A DNA stretch of 63,911 nt, filler included, from Collodictyon triciliatum (GCA_043381765.1; 13 parts of 13 records of this genome joined end to end with filler, not necessarily neighbours in it), one strand, 5' to 3'; shown: positions 33,377-47,403, counted from the whole stretch's first letter. Numbers and translations are program-made. Notes: generated from the letters alone by a model not told the origin.

Positions 33377-35504
33377 ATGAGCAACCCTTTCGGGGTAAGG
33401 GCTCTTTCTTTTCTTGTTGAAACATTATATTCCGGGTTAATTTGTTTTTTTTTTTAAATACAGAAAAGCTTTAAATATGACCCCTGTTTTAACGTGTTCC
33501 TATTTTTTTCTCTCGATCGCCTTGACAATTGTGTGACGGACGACATGGTCAACAGGGAGACTCTGGTAAGACAATAGAAAGCCGCGAAAGAGATTCGTCT
33601 CAGAATCCTTCATTTTATTTACTCTTGATTTTGTGGTCGCTCACTTTTCTCTCTTTTTTTTTCTCACCCTTTATAAAATTTCATTTAGTAATTGTAAATC
33701 CTGAGCAAAATATAGGAAAACCACTTGTCATGACATTTTTTTCATACCTGTATTGTTACTAAAAAAAAACAAAACACGAAAAAACTCACATGCCATATTT
33801 CGTCTCTTTCTTGGTGATAAATTCATGGGCTGATGGTCTCTTCTGGCTTTTTTTTTAAAAAGGAGGTTCTGTAAGTAGCTATCATTTTCTTTTAACAATA
33901 ACCGCTATGTACATCTTTGTATCATGACTTTGTAAGATTTTTGATTGGTTCAAACAAGTTACTTTGTGAATTTTTCTCTTTATTCGATTCAAAGCTATTA
34001 TATGAATGTTAGTTTTGTATGTGATTTACTCATGAACCCAGGCCCTGAGTCTATTCTTTTGATTTCTTTTTTGGAATACTGCTTTGGCCTCTGATATTTT
34101 GGTCATTCTATACAATGGGTCACTTTCATCTTAAATAATGCTACAGGGCGCTGCCGACTTCAGTCGCCGTGAACAAGAAATCATGCGCCGTGAGGCTCAG
34201 CTCGAGGCTCGTGAGAAGGAACTTTTGAAGAGAGAGCAAGGCGGAGCCGGTTACATCCCAGCCCCAAACTTTCCTCCCTGCGCACCAACAGTCTATCATG
34301 ATATCCGCAAGGAAATCTCTCCCGAATATCAATCTCTTGTCCGCGTCGGATTCATCAATTGGATAGGTATCTATTTCTTATTTCTAAATAGGAAAGTTCC
34401 CCCCCCCCCCCAACATGATGAAATTAGAAATGCAAAAGATTTCTTTTCATGATTCAGTAACCTGTCTTTACTTTGACACACTAGTCTACTCTGTTGCACT
34501 CATCTGGAACACCTTTGCTGTCTGCGTTTACATGGATGTTGATTTTCAGTGAGTATCACAAGCAATACCAATGAGTTTTGCAGCGGAGGGAAATGCGCTT
34601 CCTTTGATTTGACGAGTCTGATATTTCTTTCACGTGCATGATAGGTTTGGATTTATCGTTCTTGCCATCGTATGGCTTATCCTGGGATGCCCTGTCGGCT
34701 TTAACATGTCCTACATGTCTCTATACAAGGGTGTCAAGTATAAATTTATCCACAATTCTCACCACCGAGACTAATCTATATGCGTATATGTGTTTTTTTG
34801 CGATATCGAACTTTAACTTTTCATATCTGTAGGGACAAATCAACCACATCTATCTTCTGGTATCTCGTCACCTGGGGAATCACCACTCTGCTATCCATTC
34901 TCATGTTTATTGGCGTCCCTGACACAGGCAGCGCGTGAGTCATGTATCTTATTCCTATTGTGCAATTTTCTTATTCAAAATTCTACATTCCAGAGATAAC
35001 TTTAAGTTAGCGAAATTTTCCTATACAATCACCTAAAAGAACTTTTCTATCAACATGGATAGTGGGTTGATTATGCTTTTCTACAGCGTGGACAAGGACA
35101 AGTAGCCAACGATCCCTTTTGTTAACATAAATGTTTTCTTTTGGGTGCAGGGGATTAGGCCGATTTATCTTTGATTAAGCGATTTCCTAACTTGTTCATC
35201 TCTCAGGGGATTTGCTACATTCATTTCTGGAATTAGCGTTGGTCTGTGGGGTCTTTGCATCATGGTTTGCCTTTATGTCGAGAAGGTATGTACATCTTTT
35301 GTTCTTCGCCACATGAAACTTGTGCGAAATCGTGCGGTTAGTTTATTATTTGAACGGTTTTCTCAAAATGCGAATATCTATATAACGCAACCACAGCGCG
35401 TCTTGATGTACTACCAAAACCGTGGAGGTAATGCAGCAGCCAGAAAAGAGGCCAATCGCGAGGTGGCCAAGGCCGCTGTTTCCGAGGCTGCAGCCAGCGT
35501 CTGA
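33377..35504 (+). CDS. Secretory carrier membrane protein (SCAMP), multi-exon
   Basis: MSNPF start, coiled coil RREAQLEAREKEL, PNFPPCAPTVYHDIRKEI, four hydrophobic segments, IGVPDTGSAG. Confidence 0.9.
33971..33994 (-). mobile_element. Ultra-short 3' remnant of the LINE family in a SCAMP intron
   Basis: tttttctctttattcgattcaaag, with only a degenerate flanking repeat. Confidence 0.55.
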
Positions 35505-36244
35505 TACTGAATGGCATAATTCCCCGTCGGCGCACACTTAAGCCACGACTACACATATGATTTATGAAGCACAAAAGGCAATGCGACAAACATTCTCCAT
35601 AAATCATTTCCCCCACAAATGCACCCACAATTTGTTCAACTGTCGCTGCTCTCTTCGCACACTCTGATGCCTGGAAAGGCGATTCTGTTTCTTTCACTCT
35701 GTTTGGCTTGTGGTATGCAAACCAAAGCATTAGTCGAAACGATTGCTGCAAAACAAGAATCGGAAGGAAATGTAAGATTTAAGTGACAAGCAATAATCTG
35801 TACGCACCGCTCCACCCTCCTTTTTTTAGATGACACCCAGATTAGGGACACATCATTCATCTCAGATTTGTCCAAAAACAGAATCCGTTTTCCTGATCGA
35901 TTTATCCAAAAATGGATGAAAGGATTGAATATTCGGTTCTGATTTCTCGGCGGTGTGATGCGATCAATCACCACGGCGAACATAACTGACATTGAATCAG
36001 CCGCGATTACCGGCGGTCTTTGATGTCTGGTTTGTCAAATGCTTCTGAATCGCCCGCAGTGTGGGAAAACAATGACACGGCCCACGTGCGCACGTCAAAG
36101 CTTGTTTGCAGAAGCAGAGAAGGAAGGAGAGAGAGAAGCTTGAACTGTGTCTGCCCAACGCTTTTGTTTCTGTTTTTTTTGTTTTCATTTTTGTTTAATG
36201 TATTGTTTGTTTTCATTTTTGTTTAATGTATTTTTATTTGTTTG

Positions 36245-36307
<63 letters not shown>

Positions 36308-36658
36308 TTTTGTTTTTTTTTGCTTNNNNNNNNNNNNNNNNNNNNNNNNNNNNNNNNNNNNNNNNNNNNTTAATTAATTAANNNNNNNNNNNNNNNNNNN
36401 NNNNNNNNNNNNNNNNNNNNNNNNNTTTGATAGCATTTTTCAAACTTGGGATTCTTGTTTTCCTTGCCGTCAACCCCCCAGGTTTTTTTTTCTCCCTTTT
36501 TTTTTTTTTTTTTATGGAGTCGTTAAGTTGCTGCAATTATCATATAAAGATCACTGTTATTCTGTCCAGGCCTTCCCTCTTTCGAACCGTCCGCCAACGG
36601 TGCCCATCGACTCACTCTTTTGTTTCGTTTTGTTTCGTTTCTTTTCTTTTCTTCTCAG

Positions 36659-36854
36659 CGAACGGAGATCTCAACGCGTCGCTCAACCCTGCGCTCTATG
36701 TGACTACGGAGCTTTCAGACGTCGCTGTGCGATCAAAGTCCGACACGTTTGAAGCCAAAATCGACATTATTGACGAGAGCGTAAGAGAATCGTTCAATCA
36801 GGCCATGCAAATCACATTCATTAATAACCAACCACCATACTAGATATGATAATG

Positions 36855-36925
<71 letters not shown>

Positions 36926-37261
36926 CACGGCACATTCGCTTAGCTCGAAGCCGAACTGCATGTCTCGTATGTGGAGCTTCGTCCTGCTGCGTTCTGGATT
37001 CTATGCATCCATTACATCCTCTTTGGCTGCACCTTCTTTGCTGCAGCGCTCGGTCATTGGTGGCTGGGATATCTATCGGACTTTGCTTTTGTTCGCTTCC
37101 GCGGGGTTTCTGCCCTCGAAAACATCCTGGAGCAAAGGATGGAGCCTGCTGCCTTCTGCATCGAGTGTGGGGAGCAGATTCACGAGGATGTAAGGGTCGA
37201 TGCAAAGTGTGTGGTGTGTGCTAAAAGGAGTGGATTTGTTGAGGCTAATGATTATCGATAG
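36659..37261 (+). CDS. 3' exons of an unidentified protein with a hydrophobic segment and a CxxC...CxxC tail
   Basis: Exons about 36659-36780 and 36944-37261 (..FWILCIHYILFGCTFFAAALGHW..CIECGEQ..CVVC). Confidence 0.45.
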
Positions 37262-37498
37262 TGATTAATGATGGTGATGAGGATGATAGAAAGAAGGAAG
37301 AAGTCTTGTCGCGCCTGTAAACATAAAATCACATGCGTAGCAGTAATTGCTATTATGGCGGAGGGGTTTTGATTTTGTCAGGTTTGTGAAGCATTCCAGT
37401 CTCTGTGTTTTTTCTTTCTTTCTTGTGATTTTGTCTTTGCTCTTTTCGAGTGGGTTTGGGTCGGTTTACTAGGATGTATGTACTTGGGTCGGGGCTGG

Positions 37499-39561
37499 TT
37501 ACGAGGGTTTGCTGGGGTCGTTTTGGTTGCGATTGTCAAAATCACTGCTGCCAATAACATCACCTTCTTCATTCTGATTGATGCTGATAGCTGATGTGTG
37601 GCAGTTGTGGGTTAAAGATACATTGTTTGAGAGGTTGTGTAGATACGGGTTCGCTTGTGCTGATTGATTCTGAACAGGCGAGTGCAAAGTCGGTGCAACA
37701 ATGTGGGAAGAGTCGTGGGTTTTTGTTGGTGCCGATAGGACGGATGGCGACTGGCTGGGATTATGATGGGAAAAGCTCCAGTGCAGCCCTGTGAAAGAGT
37801 TTGTTTGCAAAACAGGCGATGCGATGTGCGGGTGCTCAAAACTTCCTCCACTTTCAATCGATGTATATTTGTTGCGGGTTCTCTGTGGTTCGTTAATGAA
37901 ACAATGCCGATGTAAGTAACAATCCATATAAATATCGATTTTTTTTCATTAAAACTTCCTAATAAATGTGAGTCTAGATATTTAGATTGCTTTCATTTTT
38001 TTAAAAAACAAAGGAAAGGAAGAAAAGAAAAGAAAAGAAAAGAAAAGAAAAGAAAAGAAAAGAAAAGATAAATAGAAAAATAGATAGATGGAGAGTAATT
38101 TTTTTAAAAAAAATTAAAACATTTTGTGAGCGATTATGAAGAATCTGAACGGATATCTCACAGGGTTTAATGGGCTCTCTGCGATGAAAATAAGCTGCTT
38201 CTCTGTCTCTGGAGACTTCGGTTTGTCTTCCATTTTTCGTCTCGATTTTGCATATTGCAACCCGCAAGCGTTGCAAAGTGTTTCGATAGTTACGGATTCA
38301 TCACACAATTTAAAATGTAGCTTTTCATTTTGAATAGAAATTTAAATAAAAATCATTAAGAAAACTTTCAGGCATAATAAATGTACAAAAAAATGTAAGG
38401 TTGGCTGATGAAAAAAAATCAATCAATATATATATATGTGTAATAAGGAGGACGCAGTAAGATATGAAACTGATCCTTGTGGACCGCTCCGCCATTCCGG
38501 AGTTTCCGTCACACCACACGTATGGCAAAATAATCCGGGACGAGCCTAAATCCAAAAAATGTGTAATTTTAGATTAATTAGGCTACAAAAATCTTGCGGC
38601 GGAGTGTGACCTTCTCGAGAGATTTATTCGTTGCATGGAAACCTTGTGTATTTTCTTTATATATTTTATGAACTGATGGAGCAGAAAACCACAACCTTAA
38701 GCTTCACTACCCGAGGTCTCATCTGTGAGTCGTGAAACGTATTCATCATACTTTGTGGGATGATGTTGGGGTGAACAGATTCTTGGAAATGGATTGGATT
38801 GGACATCGCCGGCTGTATCTCATGCTCTACAGCAGGTATTTGAATCACCATTTGATGGTCTTGTGCAAGATTTGAGGTGAACGCTTGGGCATTTCGCACT
38901 TCAGAATCCCCAGTGACAGAGGAAACTACGGATGGGGAGGCAAGATAGGAGATAATCTTTTAGAATAAAATACTGCAAATAATCCACAAATATATCTTAG
39001 TGGCCTGATTGACAAGATAAAGTGTGATGCATCACGAGGAAAACGTGAAACAAAGTGGGTTGTGATTGGTAGCTGAGTGGTAAATGGTATGGTAGTGGGA
39101 TACTTGGACTATTTATGGTCGTTTTCAAGACTGGTTTGCTCTATAAACATTTATCTGCTTCAGTTAATTTATTCTATTCTCGAAAAAATTAAACGATGGC
39201 TGTTGGCCTAAGTCTTAAGGTATTTTGAATTTATTTGCCAGAATAAAACATGTTTCTCAGTCACCTGTGAGGATGCAGCAGAGGGCATCATTTTCTCTAG
39301 AATCTCCAGTCTTGAAATTTTCAATGAATATTATATAATGAAAGATAATAAGAAAACAAAACACATTTGGTTCATCGAAATCAATGGGTTGGAGAAAAGG
39401 AAGAATAAAAGACAGTGGTATTCAAACGCAAATAAAAAAATCACACTTGTTTTCGTTTTGCAATTTCGATTTGCTTTGGTCCTGCATTATATCTCGCTAA
39501 TATGTAATTAAGTGAATGATTTTTCTGTTTTCAAGATGAAAAAATGACACAAAATGCAAAA

Positions 39562-39605
<44 letters not shown>

Positions 39606-40677
39606 AATTGGCTAAGGTATATGCCATACAAACCATTTTCTTCTGCCATTCGTTCTGGAATACGTTCCATTCTTTCAACAAACGCGTCATGTACCCATGT
39701 ATGATTTTCATGTTTTGGACACTGGGGTCCATCTCTACGGTTGATGATACTTTGGCTATTTCCATGGCTAGGGTTCTAATCTATAGGAATAAATCAAGGC
39801 CGTCGAAGAAAACCAGAAATCAATGCGAAAAGGATGAATCTACATTCTTTATTTGATAGAAATACAGAAAAATTAATATCGATGAATAATTTTGTATAAT
39901 CTTGGTGAAATTACCTGCTTTATTCCAGTAGTGTCTTCATATGTAAGCCTTAATCCTGTCGACCCTCGTTGGCCTGTGTGGATTGTCTGAAGATATGGAT
40001 TCGCAACCGGTTGATTTTCTTCTTCGCCGTCTCCAGGAATCGAAGCTTGAGATAATCTACTTCCGGGTGCGTCTGCATGTAATGGAATAAACATGGATAA
40101 TCGAGATTTAACATGCAGCGCAGAAGAAATTTCTCATAAATAAACCAAAGACCAAATCAATAATTAACATCAAATTGTACTCAAATAAAAACCAATTGTG
40201 CTAAATAAACACAAAGAATTATTGAATTAACAACTAACTAATTATATGCGTGAATTGAAAAATAAAAGTCATTGATTCCGAACCTTCAACAGCAGACTGC
40301 ACAATCTCTCTCCATGCATCTTCTGACGTCAGTAAACCACGCAGCCTCCCACCACGGATTTCCTCACCAACCCCTGGACTTCCACAAAGTGTCAAAACCG
40401 TAGTCGAGGCTGAAGCTGAGGCAGAGACCGAAGGCGCTGACGAAGGAGGGACAGACACAGAAGCATCCAACGAAGGGCGCCTCGAGGCATCCAACGCAGT
40501 TGTCTCCAACGGACCTTCCGCAGGATGATGAGTGGAAAGCGTCGTAGAGTCTACAGTCCCAGGTTGGTAACTTTTCTCTGCGGCTGATGACTCGGTGCCA
40601 TCAAAAGTTGGGCTCGTTGGGCTCGTTGGGCTCGTTGGGCTTTGCATCGTCCCTGGTGAGCGTGCGAGGACGTTCAT
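37499..40677 (-). CDS. GATA zinc-finger transcription factor (C-X2-C-X18-C-X2-C), multi-exon
   Basis: CHTCGVTETPEWRSGPQGSVS|LCNACGLQYAK after removing the AT-AC intron 38280-38465. Outer exon limits are approximate. Confidence 0.85.
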
Positions 40678-41756
40678 TTTACGTGGACAGAAAAGAAAAA
40701 GAAAAAGAAAAAGAAAAAGAAAAAGAAAAAAGAAAAAAGAAGGAAGGAAGGAAGGAAGGGTGACACACGCTGATTTTTATTTGTTGTGGAATTGAAGCAC
40801 TTTTGGTTATATCTTTGTGGTTCTGTGATGGGGATGCCCAGCGTTATCGTGGTTCTGGTGAGATTGTGGAGGTGCGGATGGAATCGCATACAGACGGGTT
40901 GGACAGGCGAAAGAAAAGAGCGCTTGTTCACTCGGTTCATATCACAGGATTTCGATTGCGTGGGGAACCACGCTCGATTCTTTGTTGTTTCTCACAAAAG
41001 ACAATTTGCCAGTGCGTTTTCTTCCTTTCGTTTCTACAATGTTTTTTTGTTTGCGTTGACAAACAATTATTTATAGGAAACGCCGTGATATACCAGAGTA
41101 CAAAAAGGAAGGTAACGGAATCCGAGATTTACTTCCAGATATAAATGTCAAACACTACGTATTATTGTTACTCTATTATAATAAATTTATTACAAATAAG
41201 GCTTAAATATCAACAATTTGATATAAAGAAATATTTTATTATAAATTCCGTATTAGGAATGAATGAACGCATCCTACCGAATGTGGTGGTTTTGTCTTTA
41301 TTCCATCTCCTCAGCAAAGCCTTTTGGGCGGTTTATTCGGGTGCTTCTGGCGCGTCTTTTCTGCGTGGGTACGTGGACGACGGCCTCTGTCTGTCTTTGC
41401 ATGGTGAAATCGTAATCAGGATATGGTGACTGGGGCGAAAAAACAAAAAACAAAAAACAAAAAACAAAAAACAAAAAACAAAAAACAAAAAACAAAAAAC
41501 AAAAAACAAAAAACAAAAAACAANNNNNNNNNNNNNNNNNNNNNNNNNNNNNNNNNNNNNNNNNNNNTTAATTAATTAANNNNNNNNNNNNNNNNNNNNN
41601 NNNNNNNNNNNNNNNNNNNNNNNAAAACAAAAAGAAAACAAAAAGAAAACAAAAAGAAAACAAAAAGAAAACAAAAAGAAAACAAAAAGAAAACAAAAAG
41701 AAAACAAAAAGAAAACAAAAAGAAAACAAAAGAAAACAAAAGAAAACAAAACTGTA

Positions 41757-44700
41757 GATAATCCTGATGCATGGGATACCCAAGTTACCAACGTCGTTGG
41801 AGCAGATTACCCTTACTTTGGTATATTTGATGGTTCATTATGTTAAAATCAAGCTATTTTGAAAATCGCCACTAGCATATATAAATTCCAATCACTGACG
41901 ACACATCCTAATAATGCATTGTTTCTCATTTCCTCATTCCATCCGATAATGCATGTAGCGATCATCGGAAACCACGACTTGCGCGCCTGGCCCCGCTACA
42001 GCGAGAAGCTCGCCGCTCGTCTCTCTCTCATCCGAGACCTGTCATGTGAAGGAGATGTCGGTGTGAAAATGGTCTGCTCCTACAAGGTATTCGTCTAAGT
42101 CTTTATCAGTGTCTGCTTTTTTTTTAATCCTTTGATTGTACAATCATTAATACGGATGATCACATAACAAATTCTCCATAATACTCACATTCGGATGGGG
42201 GTTATACAGGGACTTCTCTTCATCCAATCTGGCATTGGAACCCTCTCCACTGGCCACCCTGAGTTCATTCGCCAAACATTCACTGATTACCAAGCTACGT
42301 GGAAGGTCTGCGGATGGCACAAGAACCAGCGCCTTTATCAGACCGGTACGGAAGAGCGATACACTCCGTCCTCTCTTTTAATCCTAATTCACTCATCGAC
42401 AGCCGCACAGTTGCCCCTTTTTTGATTCGCTCTAATGCTATCTCTTTTACTCATGTTTAACTGCATGTACTAGGTGGAAAAATCGACGAGACAGGATATG
42501 CCGTGTATGATACTTGCCGCGAATTCGGAGCCATTGTTGCAACTGGTAGAGTAAGACGGATATCATGATGCTATCACTTTGAACGTACGATTAAATGTTA
42601 TACTTTAACACACTCACTTGGTCATGCAGGACATGAGCACAGTTATGCCCGTACTCACTTGATGTCCAACTTCGAGAGACAAGAGGTTGATACTACGATC
42701 TTCCCTTTATTTTTAATCCTTGATACGGGCTATGTCTTTGAACTCCAAAATGCGCCATGATTAATCATATGACGTACCCATAATGGCATATTTATCCTGT
42801 TTTCTTTATTTTTTTATTTTATTTAATTATTCACCAGTGCAAGACTCTCAAAATATTAGAGATTTCGCGAAATGCGATAATTGAGCAACAACATAATTCA
42901 TATTAATCAAAGGAACAAAATTTCACTTAAGATTGCGAGCACTTCCAATGTCCTTGAAATCAAGCCCCATAATTCATTCTGCTTTTGCTCTGGACTTGGA
43001 GGTTTTCTCTCTCTTTTTTATCCCCGATTAACTGATCAGAATCAATGAGACTATTTTATCAAATCATTATTTTATCACAAATCATCGTGAAGTTAACGTG
43101 TGTTGCACCTTCCATGGGTGCATACTTATAGGAAAATGAAACATTATATGATAAAAACTCAACCAATTATATTTGGGACACACTTTTTTTCAGGCTATTC
43201 TATTCGCCCATGGAGATTTGGACTCGAGCAGAACCCGTGGTGGGCCGCTACAGCCTCAGAATCGGTATTTTGAACCCATCGCTTCCCCTCTGTATTTCAT
43301 TCAAGGATTTTGAAATAAGCTAATAACCTAACAAAAAGAGCAAACAAATAAGCAAACAAATAAGCAAACTCTTTAGGAATCATCCATGATGAGACCCTTT
43401 TTTTTTTTAATTTTTTAATTTTTTTTAATTTTTATAATTTTTAAATATAAAGCATTGGACCTCTAACGTGTCTTCCTTTTTCTCAGAATGGGGTTTCCGA
43501 TGGCGCTCTTCTCTGCACCTTCAATGTCAACGGGCGTCGCGAGCATGGCCAATGCTTCTTCCAGGACACGTATGTTTATTTCCCCCTTTAGAATATATGT
43601 CCATCAATCGTGTGAAGTCAGGGCTTATCCTGTCAACTAGAAGTAATGATTCCTATTCTTGTATGCGCCATACTGAAATACTCAATTAACCAGAACCGGA
43701 CGCATTTGGGACAGATTTGATATTATGTCATACAACAATGCCACGGGTACTTGGTTAAATACGAGCCACAAGGATTTTCTTTCGCTTCAAGCATAGTTTT
43801 CTTTCTTTCTTTATTCCTCTCTCATCTTTCCCGTCCTATCATCCACTTTTATTTTTATTTTTATTTTTCGCACTGATGAAGCACCAAGCACGCCGTATGT
43901 GAGCACAAAATCCTCCCGGAGCGAGTTCTTTGAAGTCACCACAAAGACATCAACCAACGACGTTGTTGAGCTGTCATCTGGAGAAATCAGCTGCAAANNN
44001 NNNNNNNNNNNNNNNNNNNNNNNNNNNNNNNNNNNNNNNNNNNNNNNNNNNNNNNNNNNNNNNNNNNNNNNNNNNNNNNNNNNNNNNNNNNNNNNNNNNN
44101 NNNNNNNNNNNNNNNNNNNNNNNNNNNNNNNNNNNNNNNNNNNNNNNNNNNNNNNNNNNNNNNNNNNNNNNNNNNNNNNNNNNNNNNNNNNNNNNNNNNN
44201 NNNNNNNNNNNNNNNNNNNNNNNNNNNNNNNNNNNNNNNNNNNNNNNNNNNNNNNNNNNNNNNNNNNNNNNNNNNNNNNNNNNNNNNNNNNNNNNNNNNN
44301 NNNNNNNNNNNNNNNNNNNNNNNNNNNNNNNNNNNNNNNNNNNNNNNNNNNNNNNNNNNNNNNNNNNNNNNNNNNNNNNNNNNNNNNNNNNNNNNNNNNN
44401 NNNNNNNNNNNNNNNNNNNNNNNNNNNNNNNNNNNNNNNNNNNNNNNNNNNNNNNNNNNNNNNNNNNNNNNNNNNNNNNNNNNNNNNNNNNNNNNNNNNN
44501 NNNNNNNNNNNNNNNNNNNNNNNNNNNNNNNNNNNNNNNNNNNNNNNNNNNNNNNNNNNNNNNNNNNNNNNNNNNNNNNNNNNNNNNNNNNNNNNNNNNN
44601 NNNNNNNNNNNNNNNNNNNNNNNNNNNNNNNNNNNNNNNNNNNNNNNNNNNNNNNNNNNNNNNNNNNNNNNNNNNNNNNNNNNNNNNNNNNNNNNNNNNN

Positions 44701-45375
44701 NNNNNNNNNNNNNNNNNNNNNNNNNNNNNNNNNNNNNNNNNNNNNNNNNNNNNNNAAAGAGCGACGAGGCCACGCGCATCACCATCCGTGCGGAACTTAT
44801 CGCGGATTCTCAGCCATTCGCCTGCGGAAACTCAGTCGCAGAGCAGATCAGTGAGCGCAAAGTCACGCGCGCATTTGCCGTGTGGGACAATGTCGAGGCC
44901 GGCGATGACTGGGAAACCGGAGAAGTGTGGGTCTCTGCAGACATTTCGTCCGTCATTCGCGAGGTTTGGACATGCCAGGATTCTTTGAATCCAGCCCACT
45001 CTATCGACCCCCTCTGCAATGGCCTCTCCATTCCTTTGTTTGGGCGGCCGAAGAGACTCCTACAGCTACCATTACCAAACCGGGCCAAATCGTTTCCTTT
45101 ACTCCCTTACACACTCTCTATACTTTCCTTTTGTTTCTTTTTGACAGCCAAATCATCTCGCTGTCGATATACTCACGCCTCTTTTCTGTGCCCATCCGCA
45201 GGTCATCGCACAGCCTGGATGGAAGTCCGGAAACGCCATCACGCTCATTATCGAATCGGAAGGTTCGCACCGCTCCTTCTTTACCACAGACGAGTCCGCC
45301 TGCTTTGCCCCGACACTCTCTGTGGCCCTGAACGGCCTCTCTGCTGTCAACATGGGCAGTCTGAAGCGCATGTAA
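41757..45375 (+). CDS. Calcineurin-like metallophosphoesterase with C-terminal bacterial-type beta domain, 5' truncated, internal N gap
   Basis: GNHD, WKVCGWH, GHEHSYARTH and SGLGG motifs. C-terminus SADISSVIREVIAQPGWKSGNAITLII...APTLSV. Confidence 0.82.
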
Positions 45376-45545
45376 ACACACAGCAGACATTCCAGAACCC
45401 AGCGTTGTCATAGTCGCCTCTTCTTTTTCATTTTTTTTTTTTTGGCTGATGATGTCTTGTTTATCCTCCTTTTCTTTTCTTAACTGATGTGATTATCAAA
45501 CCGGTGCTGCCAGCGTTCAGTTCTGCACACAGTCTCTTGCACACA

Positions 45546-46610
45546 CTAGCCGCGTCGCAAAGCTTCCAAGCGTGCCTGTTTGGTCGCAATTCAAGCGGGA
45601 GACGTTAGCAGCCAGGCAAGCATAGTCAGTGCAACGCGTAAGGCGCGCGGCTTTACACGGCTGGTTCTTACCTGCAACTCTGCATCTGCATCGTCGGCCT
45701 GGGCGGCAGGGGCAGCAGACCGCGCGCCAGGGTCACGGTCAGGCACTTTGCCGAGCTGGGTGGTTGGATGAAAGGTTGGTTAAATGATGGAGAAAAAAGA
45801 GACGAAGAAAAGGAGGTCGGGAAAGGGCACCCCGTCGAGTTGGCCGATGCCGATCTCGTCAAAGATCTGATTCACAATGGCGTCGGATTCCTCCTCTTCT
45901 GTTCCGTCGTCCATCGCGTCGTCGATGGCGTCGCCTGTGTGTGTGTGCCAGTGTGTAATTATTGTAATTCTATCACGCATTATTACGATAACCATCCTGC
46001 ACAAAATTGAAAGGAAGAATAAAAAAAAATCACGCATTATTACGATTAAAACAAACAAACAAACAAACAAACAAACAAACAAACAAACAAACAAACAAAC
46101 AAACAAACAAACAAAAACAAAAAACAAAAACAAAAAACAAAAACAAAAAACAAAAACAAAAAACAAAAACAAAAAACAAAAACAAAAAACAAAAACAAAA
46201 AACGAAAACAAAAAACAATCAAAAAGAAAAAGATGTATTGGGTTTGTGCGGAAGTATCTCAAATGTAAATATTGGGTGGGCCTCGAGCTCACCCATCATT
46301 TCCTCTTTCATGTCCATCAGTTCGGATTGGCGCTCGAATTCCATCATGATTTGCTGCATTGCTGGCAAGTTGATTTGTCGGTTCATCATAATCATGGCCT
46401 ATATCAGGTTGTCAGAATCTCGAATGGGACAAAAAGGCGGTCAGAATTATCGCGTGGCACATGATTTAATACTCTGTTCATTCTAAAACTAAGCTCCAAT
46501 AGGCGATTGAGGAGCAAGAAACATCAAGATAGAAATAAAATAAATAATAAAGAGTGATACCTTGGTCATACCTCGCATGGCTTCAGTCATTGTCGCAGTC
46601 GATTTCATTG
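45546..46610 (-). CDS. CHMP2: ESCRT-III subunit CHMP2/Vps2, 5' truncated
   Basis: MNRQINLPAMQQIMMEFERQSELMDMKEEMMGDAIDDAM..EEESDAIVNQIFDEIGI..DAELQARLEALRRG*. Confidence 0.93.
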
Positions 46611-47403
46611 TCTAAAAAAGAAAGATTTAAAACAAAACCAATAACAAAACCAATAACAAAACCAATAACAAAACCAATAACAAAACCAATAACAAAACCA
46701 ATAACAAAACCAATAACAAAACCAATANNNNNNNNNNNNNNNNNNNNNNNNNNNNNNNNNNNNNNNNNNNNTTAATTAATTAANNNNNNNNNNNNNNNNN
46801 NNNNNNNNNNNNNNNNNNNNNNNNNNNGACTCAGAAAAAAAGCGATACATCGTTGTTTGTCTGGTATTATCGGAAGTGGCGCTTGACCGTCCCCTGGTTT
46901 CGGAACCATGCGTAGCCGGCAGTGGACTTTGCTTAACCGGAGTATGGATTATGCGTTCGTGGTTTAAGAAACATACGCTCCTGCTTGCTCGGACTGTCTT
47001 TAGTGTATGTGGAGTTCCAAGCTTGGATTTGACTTGTGGTGTTTGCTCTTACTCCTTGGTTCTCGGTGCGACGGGCTGGGGCAGGGTAAACGGACTATCT
47101 TTGGTGGGTGCTGGTTCTTGTGTTGCCTTCGCTTTGGAGTATCCTTTCGGATAAGTAACGAAGACTGCCTTGAGGCCTACTATGTTAATCATATTCCTGT
47201 CAGTCTGAATGATTAGTTTAAGGGGGATTTCTTTCGGGGTTTGGAGATGCGCTGCTCTTATATCTTTTATTGTTCATTCTTTTTCTCCCTTCTCGATACT
47301 GCGGGCGGGTGGCGAAAGATTCTACGTATATCCGATACATCTAGGTTAAAGAGTCTACTGAGGCGCTATTCTTTTGTGGGTATGAGATGAAAATTGATGC
47401 ATA

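Noticed and set aside
43811-44988. ORFs of 300 aa or more spanning 44-45 kb and 59.7-60.4 kb
   Set aside because: Their length comes from N runs translated as X.
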